Positions 1-8,772 of a stretch of 64,000 nt of DNA are shown in pieces. Both the position numbers and the translations under genes were made by a program. Each line of letters opens with the position of its first letter. Positions within the stretch are counted from its first letter, which is position 1. Source of the DNA: Hyphomicrobiales bacterium. GTDB taxonomy: Bacteria; Pseudomonadota; Alphaproteobacteria; Rhizobiales; Aestuariivirgaceae. Where the stretch lies: NCBI GenBank assembly GCA_043757845.1, contig JAYVOQ010000059.1, forward strand, positions 6,267-70,266, given 5' to 3'. A model generated the notes under the pieces. That model saw only the letters and a list, made by a program, of their open reading frames with translations. It had not been told where the DNA came from and searched no databases.

Positions 1-904
1 CCCAGCGCTGGTCGCCACCCCAAACGCGCACTTTGGTGATAACATCACCGGCATCAAAAACATTGATGGAACGAAATTGGCTGAAGCCATAATCTAATAG
101 CTTCTGCGCTTCGGCTTTACGCCTCTCAACAGAATCTAATCCAGCAACCACGATGATAAGTCTTCGGCCATCTCGTATTGCTGATCCCACCATTCCATAG
201 CCGGCTTCTTTAGTGTAGCCGGTTTTCATGCCATCTGCGCCGGGATAATCCTTCAACAATGGATTGCGGTTTTGTTGGGTAATTTTGCTCCAAGTGAATT
301 GGGGTTCGCTGTAGATTTTGTAATTCTCTGGATAGGTTTGGATGATGTAGCGCGCCAACACAGAAAGATCTCGTACGCTCATGCGTTGGCCGGGGTCCGG
401 TAAACCCGTGGCGTTGGCGAAATTGGAATTCTTTAAGCCAAGTTCTTGGGCTTTGCTCGTCATGCGCTGTGCGAAAGCGGATTCTGTGCCTGCAATGCTT
501 TCGGCTAACGCTATGCAAGCATCGTTGGCTGACTGAATAATTGCACCATGCAACAGGTTATCGACGCTGACTTTGGAATTGGGTAGTGCAAACATCGTCG
601 AACTGCCGCCCTCTGCTCCGCCGCGTTTTACGGCATCTGCGCTAACAAGCACTTCTTGATCCGGCTTTAAGTCGCCGCGTTTAAGCATATCAAACACGAT
701 CACCTGAGTCATCAGCTTGCTCATCGACGCGGGCGGAATAGCAGTGTCTGCGTCTTTTTCGAAAAACACAAAGCCGGACTTGGCATCAATCAAGATCGCA
801 TTTCGCGCCAACGTGTCAAAGGCGGTCGCGTTACCTTCAGCCTCGGTCACGGTTGCGCTGAAAACAAATGTGAGTGTGAGCAGTAGGATGCGAATGAATA
901 GCAT
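1..904 (-). CDS. D-alanyl-D-alanine carboxypeptidase (peptidase S11, PBP5/6 class); 3' end runs off the window
   Basis: Absent from the ORF track because it is open at the window edge. Hand translation of the minus strand from ATG (cat at 902-904) gives the signal peptide MLFIRILLLTLTFVFSATVTEA, then SMSK (SxxK), SAN (SxN) and KTG motifs. Confidence 0.8.
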   Translation of the reverse strand, partial: MLFIRILLLTLTFVFSATVTEAEGNATAFDTLARNAILIDAKSGFVFFEKDADTAIPPASMSKLMTQVIVFDMLKRGDLKPDQEVLVSADAVKRGGAEGGSSTMFALPNSKVSVDNLLHGAIIQSANDACIALAESIAGTESAFAQRMTSKAQELGLKNSNFANATGLPDPGQRMSVRDLSVLARYIIQTYPENYKIYSEPQFTWSKITQQNRNPLLKDYPGADGMKTGYTKEAGYGMVGSAIRDGRRLIIVVAGLDSVERRKAEAQKLLDYGFSQFRSINVFDAGDVITKVRVWGGDQRW

Positions 905-1003
905 GAGGCTGTTGTAGAGCAAGTCGAACACAAGTTGAAGGCTTTTGCGTTGCTGTGTATTGCACAATCGATTTGGCGTAAGCTTTTACTTGAGGAGAAT
1001 CAC

Positions 1004-1981
1004 ATGCAAACCATCAATATCGGACCAGCGACTAGCAAACAGATCGATCCACGGCGCTGGATTTTTCCGGGATTGCTTTTTGTATTGATTGCGTTGGCGC
1101 TTTCGGACTCATTTTTCACCATCGACCAAACGGAATTGGGCAACGTTCGGCGCTTTGGCACAGTTGTTTATCCCAAAAATCAACCACTTGGGCCGGGATT
1201 GCATTTCAAACTGCCTTTTATCGATAAGGCTGACAAGTTGCGAGTCACGCTGCAAACCTTGCACATCCCCGCCTTTGATGTTCTGACTGTGGACAATCAA
1301 AGGGTTTCGATTGAGGAAAACTTCAATTACACCATCAGCCCCGGTGCGGCTTATCACGTGATGTATGAGGTGGGGCGGGCCGGAAATACAGATATTGAGG
1401 ACCAACTAATCCCAGTGACTCATGACCGCACTGCGCGGGTGTTTGCCGTTCAAAACATGGTCAATGTGAATATCAATCGTGAAGTCATCCAAGCGCAGGT
1501 GGAAAAGGATATCACGACCTCGGCCGAGAGCCTGTTTGGTATCTCGGCCCACAGTCTGCAAATTGCCAGCATCAAGCCATCTGAGAATTTCATGCGTTCG
1601 ATTGATGAGGCTACGATGGCCAAAAATGGCGCCATCGCGGCTGAAAACCAACTGCGCACAAAGCAGTTTGAAGCGCTGCAAGTAGCAGCTACGGCCAAGG
1701 GTGCTGCTGATGCGGCGATTGAACAGGCGCGTGGGCAAGCCCAGTCTACCAAAGTTAATGCTGAAGCGAATAAAGAGAAGCTTGAGCTGGAAGGTGCAGG
1801 CCTAAAGGCCAACCTGGAAGCCCAAATGTCTCCGTTCGGCGGGCCGGATAAGTACGTACTGTATTTACAAGCTAAGGCGGCGTTAAATTGGAACGGGCAG
1901 ACCCCACAGATTATGACCTCAGGTGGGTCTTCGCCAAACCTCATCTTGCCTTTGCCTGCATTAGCCATGCCCAAACCATAA
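1004..1981 (+). CDS. SPFH/band-7 (prohibitin/HflC-like) membrane protein
   Basis: ORF 935..1981. ATG at 1004 follows GAGGAG (992-997). It has an N-terminal TM helix, an SPFH-like core and an Ala/Gln/Glu-rich coiled-coil tail. Confidence 0.75.
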   Translation: MQTINIGPATSKQIDPRRWIFPGLLFVLIALALSDSFFTIDQTELGNVRRFGTVVYPKNQPLGPGLHFKLPFIDKADKLRVTLQTLHIPAFDVLTVDNQRVSIEENFNYTISPGAAYHVMYEVGRAGNTDIEDQLIPVTHDRTARVFAVQNMVNVNINREVIQAQVEKDITTSAESLFGISAHSLQIASIKPSENFMRSIDEATMAKNGAIAAENQLRTKQFEALQVAATAKGAADAAIEQARGQAQSTKVNAEANKEKLELEGAGLKANLEAQMSPFGGPDKYVLYLQAKAALNWNGQTPQIMTSGGSSPNLILPLPALAMPKP

Positions 1982-2653
1982 CTAGTTGATCTGCCAATTA
2001 ATTTCAGGTTGGCCTTGTTCACGCAGGAAAGTATTGGTTCGCGAAAAGGGTTTAGAGCCGAAAAAACCGTTGTGTGCGGAGAGGGGCGATGGATGTGCGG
2101 AAGTTATCGCATGATGTCGGTTGCGATCAATAAACGTGGCTTTTTTCTGTGCGTAGGCTCCCCAAAGTATAAAAACTAAGGGGCGTGATTGGGCGTTAAG
2201 CAAGCGGATGATGGCGTCGGTAAACTGTTCCCAGCCTTTGCCTTGATGTGAAGCGGCGCGGCCGGCTTCAACGGTCAGCACTGAATTCAAAAGCAGCACA
2301 CCCTGCTCTGCCCAGCTTTGCAAATTTCCATGAGGTGGTGGCTTGCAGCCCAAATCAGATTTTATTTCTTTGTAGATGTTAACCAGCGACGGTGGTGGGC
2401 GCACGCCGTGCTGAACTGAAAAGCAAAGTCCATGGGCTTGGCCCTCGCCATGGTAAGGGTCTTGGCCCAATAGCACCACGCGGGTTTTTTCCAATGGTGT
2501 AAGATCAAGGGCTGCAAACCAGTTGCTGGGCTTAGGATAAATTAGCTTTCCTGCTTCACGCTCGGTCGCAAGAAATTGGCGCAATGCCTGCATATATGGC
2601 GCATCAAATTCTTCGCGCAATGGGACTAACCAACTTTCATGCAGTTTTATCAT
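1982..2653 (-). CDS. ung: uracil-DNA glycosylase
   Basis: GQDPYH and HPSPLSA motifs at family-1 UDG length. Its stop abuts the stop of the convergent SPFH gene with no gap. Confidence 0.95.
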   Translation of the reverse strand: MIKLHESWLVPLREEFDAPYMQALRQFLATEREAGKLIYPKPSNWFAALDLTPLEKTRVVLLGQDPYHGEGQAHGLCFSVQHGVRPPPSLVNIYKEIKSDLGCKPPPHGNLQSWAEQGVLLLNSVLTVEAGRAASHQGKGWEQFTDAIIRLLNAQSRPLVFILWGAYAQKKATFIDRNRHHAITSAHPSPLSAHNGFFGSKPFSRTNTFLREQGQPEINWQIN

Positions 2654-2884
2654 GGCTCAAGGATTAGACAAAACGGGAAGCCCCGCGTGACCCGTTGTGG
2701 CAACGGCCGCCATCCGCACATCTAGAAAAAAAATTAAAAAATGGAAATGAATTGATCATGGCCTTCAACTAACATTTTTGGCCAGAAGCCACCAGACAGT
2801 TAAAGGAGATAATGGTGGGTGAGAGGGGAACTGAGTGCTTACACGTTCTTAAAGACCTTGGAATAAGGCAAACTGCCCGCCGCT

Positions 2885-3502
2885 CTAGGCGTTGCCTGTT
2901 CCAAACTGTTTGAGCACCAACACCATGACGGCATGAGCAGGCCCTTGCCCCACATTTACTATTTTATGTGGCACATCGGCGCGGTATCGAAGAGCCTCTC
3001 CGGTTTTACACGTTTTGGTTTCGCTTCCTGTGGTCACTTCGAGTTCGCCGCTGGTAATGTAAAGATGTTCAATGGTTCCGGGTGGATGTGGTGAAGATTC
3101 CAAAACACCCGTTGGTTGGGCATGAAAATCATACCATTGGAATACATCAACTAAGTTTAAAGGGCCCACGATAGCCAATTTACACAGGCCATCTTGGCTT
3201 TCCAACATAGGAATCCCAGACTTAGATTGGTGTTCCATAAAAAGAGATTGTTGTTCACCGCGAAGCACTTCATCGACCGTTGTATCAAGTGCCCGAGACA
3301 GGCGCACAACTGTCGACAGAGTGGGGTTGGTTTCGTTGCGCTCAATTTGTGAGATAATCGACTTGGCCACACCTGATTGCTCAGACAGTTCACCCAATGA
3401 TAAGTTATAAGCTTTGCGCAAACGTTGAATGGTTTTACCTAAATCAGCAGAAGTTTCAGATGTTGTATTGGTTGACGCTTTCGTGCTGCGGCGGCTTGAC
3501 AT
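2885..3502 (-). CDS. XRE-family HTH transcriptional regulator with C-terminal cupin domain
   Basis: ORF 2885..3517, first ATG at 3502. N-terminal HTH_3-like segment (LSLGELSEQSGVAKSIISQIERNETNPTLSTVVRLSRAL) and a cupin-like C-terminus. It is divergent from the cys operon. Confidence 0.8.
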   Translation of the reverse strand: MSSRRSTKASTNTTSETSADLGKTIQRLRKAYNLSLGELSEQSGVAKSIISQIERNETNPTLSTVVRLSRALDTTVDEVLRGEQQSLFMEHQSKSGIPMLESQDGLCKLAIVGPLNLVDVFQWYDFHAQPTGVLESSPHPPGTIEHLYITSGELEVTTGSETKTCKTGEALRYRADVPHKIVNVGQGPAHAVMVLVLKQFGTGNA

Positions 3503-3527
3503 TATGAAGTCCTTCAAATAGAACTTG

Positions 3528-3545
3528 CGTTCGTAATAAAGAACG
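3528..3545. promoter_or_regulatory. palindromic box CGTTC-GTAATAAA-GAACG (followed by AAAT), candidate operator
   Basis: Lies 26 nt upstream of the XRE-cupin ATG, in the divergent spacer to the cysG-like gene. It is nearly identical to the box at 13026-13043. An extra GAAC half-site sits at 3521-3524. Confidence 0.45.
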
Positions 3546-3650
3546 AAATCCCTATAAAGATTCTTTCTAGCCCATAATTAGTGGTTTTTGTAGTAAAATC
3601 GGTAGGTTGGTGAAGATACAAGGTGGTTTATAGTCCGAACGGAGAGCAAA

Positions 3651-4562
3651 ATGCGGTATTTCCCGTTGTTTTATGATCTGCAAAATGCCCGGGTGGTCGT
3701 CATTGGCGGCGGCGAAGAGGCTTTGCGCAAGGTGCGACTATTTCTCAAAACTCCAGCACACATTGAGGTGATTGCTGAGACGCTTCATCCTGAATTGGCT
3801 GGAAATTCTGATGTTCACTGGCGGGCTAAAGTCTATGCCGCGGCATATTTGCAGGGTGCTGCGTTGGCAGTTTGTGCGGATGTGAGTTTAAATAATTTGG
3901 TTTCTGCCGATGCCAGGGCGCTGGGCATTCCGGTTAATGCAGTTGATAATGCCGCACTTTCCAGTTTTATTGTGCCAGCGATTGTAGACCGTGATCCTGT
4001 GGTTGTTGCCATTGGCACCGAGGGTGCGGCACCCGTTTTGGCGCAAAACATTCGAGCCAAAGTTGATGCGCTTTTGCCGATCAATCTTGGTTCTATTGCG
4101 CAGCGAGCTGCTGCTTTGCGTGATTTAGTGGCTGAAAAGTTGGCACATGGTCGTCCGCGGCGTGCATTCTGGGCTGACTTCTTTTTTGGTTCTGTCGCTG
4201 AAGCAGAGAAAAGCAACGACAAAGTGGCTTATGAACTGGCTCTTGGCGATGCCCTGTTTAATCATTCCCAAGTAAAGCAACGCCGCATATCAACACTCAT
4301 CGTTCCAGCGGAATTGGATTTACTTACCTTGCGCGAACACCGCGCTTTGATGGAAGCGGATTATATTGTTCATGCGGCAGATGTGCCCGCTGCGATTTTG
4401 GAAATGGCGCGACGTGACGCTGTGCGTTTGTTGCCCCATCAAATTGACCAGCTGGACGAGGTATCGGGCAATATCGTTCACATTTCGGTTTTGAACTCCG
4501 AACAGGCTTCTTCTGCAAATACAGAAGAATCGAATGACGTAAATTTGAAGGCCGCATCATGA
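3651..4562 (+). CDS. siroheme synthase N-terminal module (precorrin-2 dehydrogenase/sirohydrochlorin ferrochelatase, CysG_N/Met8-like) with a vestigial methyltransferase start
   Basis: MRYFPLFYDL...VVVIGGGEEALRKV Rossmann start typical of CysG_N. Residues ~212-285 resemble the first part of the CysG SUMT domain, but the GxGxGD motif is absent. Confidence 0.75.
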   Translation: MRYFPLFYDLQNARVVVIGGGEEALRKVRLFLKTPAHIEVIAETLHPELAGNSDVHWRAKVYAAAYLQGAALAVCADVSLNNLVSADARALGIPVNAVDNAALSSFIVPAIVDRDPVVVAIGTEGAAPVLAQNIRAKVDALLPINLGSIAQRAAALRDLVAEKLAHGRPRRAFWADFFFGSVAEAEKSNDKVAYELALGDALFNHSQVKQRRISTLIVPAELDLLTLREHRALMEADYIVHAADVPAAILEMARRDAVRLLPHQIDQLDEVSGNIVHISVLNSEQASSANTEESNDVNLKAAS

Positions 4563-4897
4563 TCAGCGAAGAAAAGGGTCAAGTGATGACGGCTAATCGA
4601 TTGAAGGATGGCGAAGTGGTGTTTCTCACCCGCGCTGGTGGGTGGAGCGAGAAGATCGATGAGGCGGCCTTGGCGCTTGAACCCTTGGCGGTGGCCGCGC
4701 TTGAGGCTAGCGGAAGTGAAGCCGAGCAGGCCAATGTGGTAACAGGCCACTATTTTTTTAACGCAGCGCGCATTGACGCGAAAATTCGCGCTGATCATAT
4801 TCGCGAACGCATTCGCAGCTTGGGCCCATCAGTTCGGCTTGACCTTGGTAAACAAGCTGATGGAACTGCCGGCAACTTTGAACCTGTTGAGGCTTAA
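4559..4897 (+). CDS. DUF2849 domain protein (sulfite reductase operon associated)
   Basis: ATGA overlap with the upstream gene. TANRLKDGEVVFL ... RERIRSLGP pattern, in the usual position between the cysG-like gene and cysI in alphaproteobacteria. Confidence 0.7.
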   Translation: MISEEKGQVMTANRLKDGEVVFLTRAGGWSEKIDEAALALEPLAVAALEASGSEAEQANVVTGHYFFNAARIDAKIRADHIRERIRSLGPSVRLDLGKQADGTAGNFEPVEA

Positions 4898-4900
4898 TCC

Positions 4901-6556
4901 ATGTATCGTTATGACGAGTTTGACGCGAAATTTGTGAAAGAGCGCACGGCCCAATTCCGTGATCAAGCCAACCGCCGCTTAAGTGGCGCGTTGACAGAAG
5001 ATGAATTCCGACCATTGCGTCTGATGAATGGACTTTATCTGCAGCTTCACGCCTATATGCTGCGTGTGGCCATTCCTTATGGCACGCTATCGTCCAAGCA
5101 AATGCGCCAGTTGGCCATGATTGCCGAAAAGTGGGACAAGGGATATGGCCATTTCACCACGCGGCAGAACATTCAATATAATTGGATAAAGCTCGAAGAA
5201 ACAGCTGATATTCTGCAGGCGCTTGCTGATGTTGAAATGCATGCCATTCAAACGTCAGGCAACTGCATTCGTAATGTAACTTCAGATCATTGGGCTGGTG
5301 CAGCGGCCGACGAATTGGCAGATCCTCGGCCGGTGGGAGAATTGATCCGGCAATGGTCTTCACTTCATCCCGAATTTTCCTTTCTGCCCCGCAAGTTCAA
5401 ATTTGCCATTACAGGTGCGCCGCATGATAGGGCCGCAGTGAAAGTGCATGATATTGGCTTGCGTTTGCATAAAAACGATGCTGGCCAAATTGGTTGGGAA
5501 GTGATGGTTGGTGGTGGTCAAGGGCGCACGCCGATGATCGCCGTTACAGTTCGCGAGTTTCTGCCTCAAAATGAGCTGATTGCGTATATGGAAGCGATCA
5601 TGCGGGTTTATAATCTATTTGGCCGCCGCGATAATAAATATAAAGCCCGTATCAAAATTCTGGTGCATGAACTTGGTGCAGAAAAATTCAGGGCCGAAGT
5701 TGAAGCTGAATATGCTCGCCACCCGGCGCAACAAACGCAGGTGGAAGAAGCTGAGCTGGCGCGCATCGCGCAATATTTTGCCGTTCCCAAGTTTGAAAAG
5801 GTCTCGCGGTTTGCGCCGCAATTTGAAGCGGCCAAGCGCGACAATGCTGAATTCGCACGTTGGGTGCGCAACAATTTGGCTGCACACCAAGTTGCTGGTT
5901 ATACCATCGTCAACATTTCCCTGAAGCCGGAGGGCGGAATTCCCGGCGATGCAAGTGCTGAACAAATGCGCGTTATGGCTGATTTGGCGGAACGCTATTC
6001 ATTTGACGAATTGCGCGTTTCGCATGCGCAGAACATTGTTTTGCCGCATGTGAAACTAGATGACGCACTTGCCATTTGGACAGAGCTGAAAACACATGAT
6101 CTCGCTACGGCAAATTATGGCCTGCTGGGCGATATCATTGCGTGCCCGGGTTTGGACTATTGCGCCTTGGCAACAGCGCGTTCGATACCTGTGGCGCAGG
6201 CGATCAGCCGCAAGTTTGCAGATGTTGCACAACAGGAAAATTATGGGCCGCTGAAGATTAATATCTCCGGCTGCATCAACGCCTGCGGACATCACCATGT
6301 TGGCCATATTGGTATTCTGGGATTGGATAAAAAGGGCGAAGAGTTTTATCAAATTACGCTTGGTGGCTCATCTTCTGAAAATGCTTCCATCGGCGGTATT
6401 CTGGGGCCGGGCTTTGCTGCACACGAAGTGCCTGATGCGATCGAGAATATATTGAACACCTATGTGAAGCTGCGTGACACTGGGGAAGAATTTCTGGCCA
6501 CCTATCGTCGCTTAGGCCCTAAGCCCTTTAAGGAGGCACTCTATGCCACTGTTTAA
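4901..6556 (+). CDS. cysI: assimilatory sulfite reductase hemoprotein (nitrite/sulfite reductase family)
   Basis: 551 aa. Siroheme/4Fe-4S cysteine pattern CPGLDYC ... CINAC. Operon context with cysH. Confidence 0.9.
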   Translation: MYRYDEFDAKFVKERTAQFRDQANRRLSGALTEDEFRPLRLMNGLYLQLHAYMLRVAIPYGTLSSKQMRQLAMIAEKWDKGYGHFTTRQNIQYNWIKLEETADILQALADVEMHAIQTSGNCIRNVTSDHWAGAAADELADPRPVGELIRQWSSLHPEFSFLPRKFKFAITGAPHDRAAVKVHDIGLRLHKNDAGQIGWEVMVGGGQGRTPMIAVTVREFLPQNELIAYMEAIMRVYNLFGRRDNKYKARIKILVHELGAEKFRAEVEAEYARHPAQQTQVEEAELARIAQYFAVPKFEKVSRFAPQFEAAKRDNAEFARWVRNNLAAHQVAGYTIVNISLKPEGGIPGDASAEQMRVMADLAERYSFDELRVSHAQNIVLPHVKLDDALAIWTELKTHDLATANYGLLGDIIACPGLDYCALATARSIPVAQAISRKFADVAQQENYGPLKINISGCINACGHHHVGHIGILGLDKKGEEFYQITLGGSSSENASIGGILGPGFAAHEVPDAIENILNTYVKLRDTGEEFLATYRRLGPKPFKEALYATV

Positions 6557-7073
6557 AAATAATGCTTTTGTGCCAGACGACTATGTCAGTGTTGCAGATG
6601 ATGCAGCGCTGCCAGACAGCAGCCATTTGCTTGTCAGTTTTGGGCGTTTGCAAAGCGATTGGAATGCAATTGCCAATCATTCTGCATCATTCGGGGTGCG
6701 CCTTGCAAATACCGATAAGGTTGAGATGCTTCAACCCTTTTTAGGTAAATTGGCACTAATCGTGCTTGCATTTCCGGCCTTTACTGATGGGCGGAGTTAT
6801 TCCATCGCGCGGGCGTTGCGGCAGAATGGCTATCGCGGTGAATTGCGAGCCGAAGGGAATATACTGCCAGACCAATTGCAGTTTATGAAGCAAGTTGGTT
6901 TCGATTCATTCCTCGTCACAGATCGGTTTGCTTTGCAAGATTGGCAAGCTGCTGCACATCAAATGTCGCTGGCCTATCAGCGCGGCCTGTTTCGTGCCGC
7001 ACAGGAAACCGAGGTTTGGTCAAGCAGGCACCAAGGATTTGCGGCGTGGGAGGAACAGCCTCATGCCGGTTGA
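6543..7073 (+). CDS. DUF934 domain protein
   Basis: Overlaps the cysI 3' end by 14 nt and the cysH start by 11 nt. Canonical position of DUF934 between cysI and cysH. Confidence 0.7.
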   Translation: MPLFKNNAFVPDDYVSVADDAALPDSSHLLVSFGRLQSDWNAIANHSASFGVRLANTDKVEMLQPFLGKLALIVLAFPAFTDGRSYSIARALRQNGYRGELRAEGNILPDQLQFMKQVGFDSFLVTDRFALQDWQAAAHQMSLAYQRGLFRAAQETEVWSSRHQGFAAWEEQPHAG

Positions 7074-7809
7074 ACAAAACGAAATTCTAGAAGCCTATGC
7101 GGGCCTTGAGGGGCGCGAGCTGGTGCGGGCGTTTGCGCGAGACTTTAAAGATCGCATCGCCCTGCTCTCGTCTTTCGGGGCAGAGTCTTCTGTGCTGTTG
7201 CATATGCTGGCCGAAGTTGACCGCACTATCCCGGTTATTTTTCTTGATACGCTTAAGCTGTTTCCTGAGACAATTAGCTATCGCGATCGATTGGTACGCG
7301 AATTGGGCTTGCGTGATGTTCGCGTTGTGCAACCGAATATAGCTGATCTTGAAAGTGATGATCCGGCTGGCACGTTGCATCGTTCAAACCCAGATTGGTG
7401 TTGCAGTATCCGCAAGGCTTTGCCGATGGAAAAGGCCTTCAAAGGTTTTGATGTGATGATTTCTGGACGCAAACGTTTTCATGGCGTTTCACGTGCTGAA
7501 TTAAAACATATTAGTTTTGATGATAAGCGCATTAAAATTGAACCCTTGGCTGCGTTCACTGCGTTGGATCTGCACGGTTATATGGTGAAGCATCAATTGC
7601 CGTCGCACCCTTTGAAGTTGGCGGGTTATCATTCGATTGGTTGTGCGCCAGAGAGCTGTACGTCGAAGAGCGGCTCGGCAGACAATCCACGCGAAGGGCG
7701 TTGGATGGGCAAAGAAAAATCTGAATGCGGAATTCATTTTACTACAAACGGCAAGATCATCCGCACGGCGGCGCACGGTGATACCCAGCGCGAAGCAGCG
7801 CTGGCTTAG
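7063..7809 (+). CDS. cysH: phosphoadenylyl-sulfate/adenylyl-sulfate reductase (thioredoxin dependent), Fe-S type
   Basis: ORF 6895..7809, with the real start taken as ATG 7063 (MPVEQNEILEAY). C-terminal ECGIH motif plus the CC...CxxC cysteines (CCSIRK, GCAPESC) typical of cluster-bearing APS/PAPS reductases. Confidence 0.9.
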   Translation: MPVEQNEILEAYAGLEGRELVRAFARDFKDRIALLSSFGAESSVLLHMLAEVDRTIPVIFLDTLKLFPETISYRDRLVRELGLRDVRVVQPNIADLESDDPAGTLHRSNPDWCCSIRKALPMEKAFKGFDVMISGRKRFHGVSRAELKHISFDDKRIKIEPLAAFTALDLHGYMVKHQLPSHPLKLAGYHSIGCAPESCTSKSGSADNPREGRWMGKEKSECGIHFTTNGKIIRTAAHGDTQREAALA

Positions 7810-7842
7810 ACCAAGTTTATTCTGGCCTCAATGGAGTTCGTC

Positions 7843-8727
7843 ATGCAATCCCTCGACACCAGCGCTTATGTACTAATTGCAATTTCACTGTTGGCCGCTT
7901 TTGTGAACGGCGCAATTGGCTACGGCTATTCGTCACTCACAGTTCCATTGGCATTGGTTTTTTACACTAATCGTGTGCTTAATCCGGCAATCGTGATCAT
8001 GGAAGTTTTTATCAACTTCTATGTACTTTTTATTAATCGCAAGGGCGTGCCGCCCGTGTGGCGAAAGGTTTTTCCAATCATAATCGGCTTATTGCCAGGC
8101 ATCGCAATAGGGGCTGCGGCATTGGCTTCGGTTCAGCCGAGTTTAATTAAGCTCATCACCTATCTCCTGATCTTGCCCCTTATCCTGATTCAGGCTGCCG
8201 GATGGCGCAGGCCGATCCGTTCAAGTTGGCTTGTGGGACTGCCGTTCGGGTCTGCGCTAGGATTGCTGTATTCGCTTACCACGATCTCGGGGCCGCCACT
8301 TGCCGTGCTTTTCAACAATCAAGGTTTAGTGAAAAACGAATTCCGGGCCGGCTTGGCCTTGGTTCGCACGGTGGAATCCACTTTGACTGCCATCCTTTAC
8401 TATCAACTGGGCTTGTTCATCGTTGAAAGCCAAAGCACATTGAAATTGTTGATCGCGGGCGTTGTTATCGGCATTCCGGCGGGTTCATATGCCATCCGTC
8501 ACTTGAATGCAGAAACCTTTCGTCGTTTTTGCATGAGTTTTGATGCTTGGGTGGTGGGTTTTGGCTTGTCACGCGTGCTGATAGAACTGAAGTTAGTACA
8601 AAGCCCTTGGGCCTATGTTGTGATGGCAGCCACAATAATTGTGGACTGCTATCTGCTATATATTTTTTTTACAGGGAAAAGTGACGCAGCCCCATCAAAT
8701 CATAGCGACCGTTTGGAAAGTTCATGA
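7843..8727 (+). CDS. TauE/SafE family sulfite exporter-like membrane protein
   Basis: ORF 7831..8727. ATG 7843 has GGAG 6 nt upstream. Polytopic hydrophobic protein with the two-fold internal repeat typical of TauE/SafE. Confidence 0.7.
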   Translation: MQSLDTSAYVLIAISLLAAFVNGAIGYGYSSLTVPLALVFYTNRVLNPAIVIMEVFINFYVLFINRKGVPPVWRKVFPIIIGLLPGIAIGAAALASVQPSLIKLITYLLILPLILIQAAGWRRPIRSSWLVGLPFGSALGLLYSLTTISGPPLAVLFNNQGLVKNEFRAGLALVRTVESTLTAILYYQLGLFIVESQSTLKLLIAGVVIGIPAGSYAIRHLNAETFRRFCMSFDAWVVGFGLSRVLIELKLVQSPWAYVVMAATIIVDCYLLYIFFTGKSDAAPSNHSDRLESS

Positions 8728-8772
8728 CAGCTTTCGGTGGCAAACACCTCCACCTTACGATAACGCGATGGA

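Noticed and set aside
2812-2913. 33-codon ORF with AAGGAG-N5-ATG antisense to the 3' end of the XRE-cupin gene
   Set aside because: It overlaps a supported gene on the other strand, its sequence is basic and low in information, and there is no independent support.
6895-7062. Long upstream extension of the cysH ORF (track start 6895)
   Set aside because: The extension lies in another frame of the DUF934 coding region and translates to non-protein-like sequence. ATG 7063 gives the canonical CysH N-terminus.
7488-7498. GTTTCACGTG half-parS match inside cysH
   Set aside because: Only the central 10 nt match the 16-bp parS. The outer arms diverge and the site is within a coding sequence.
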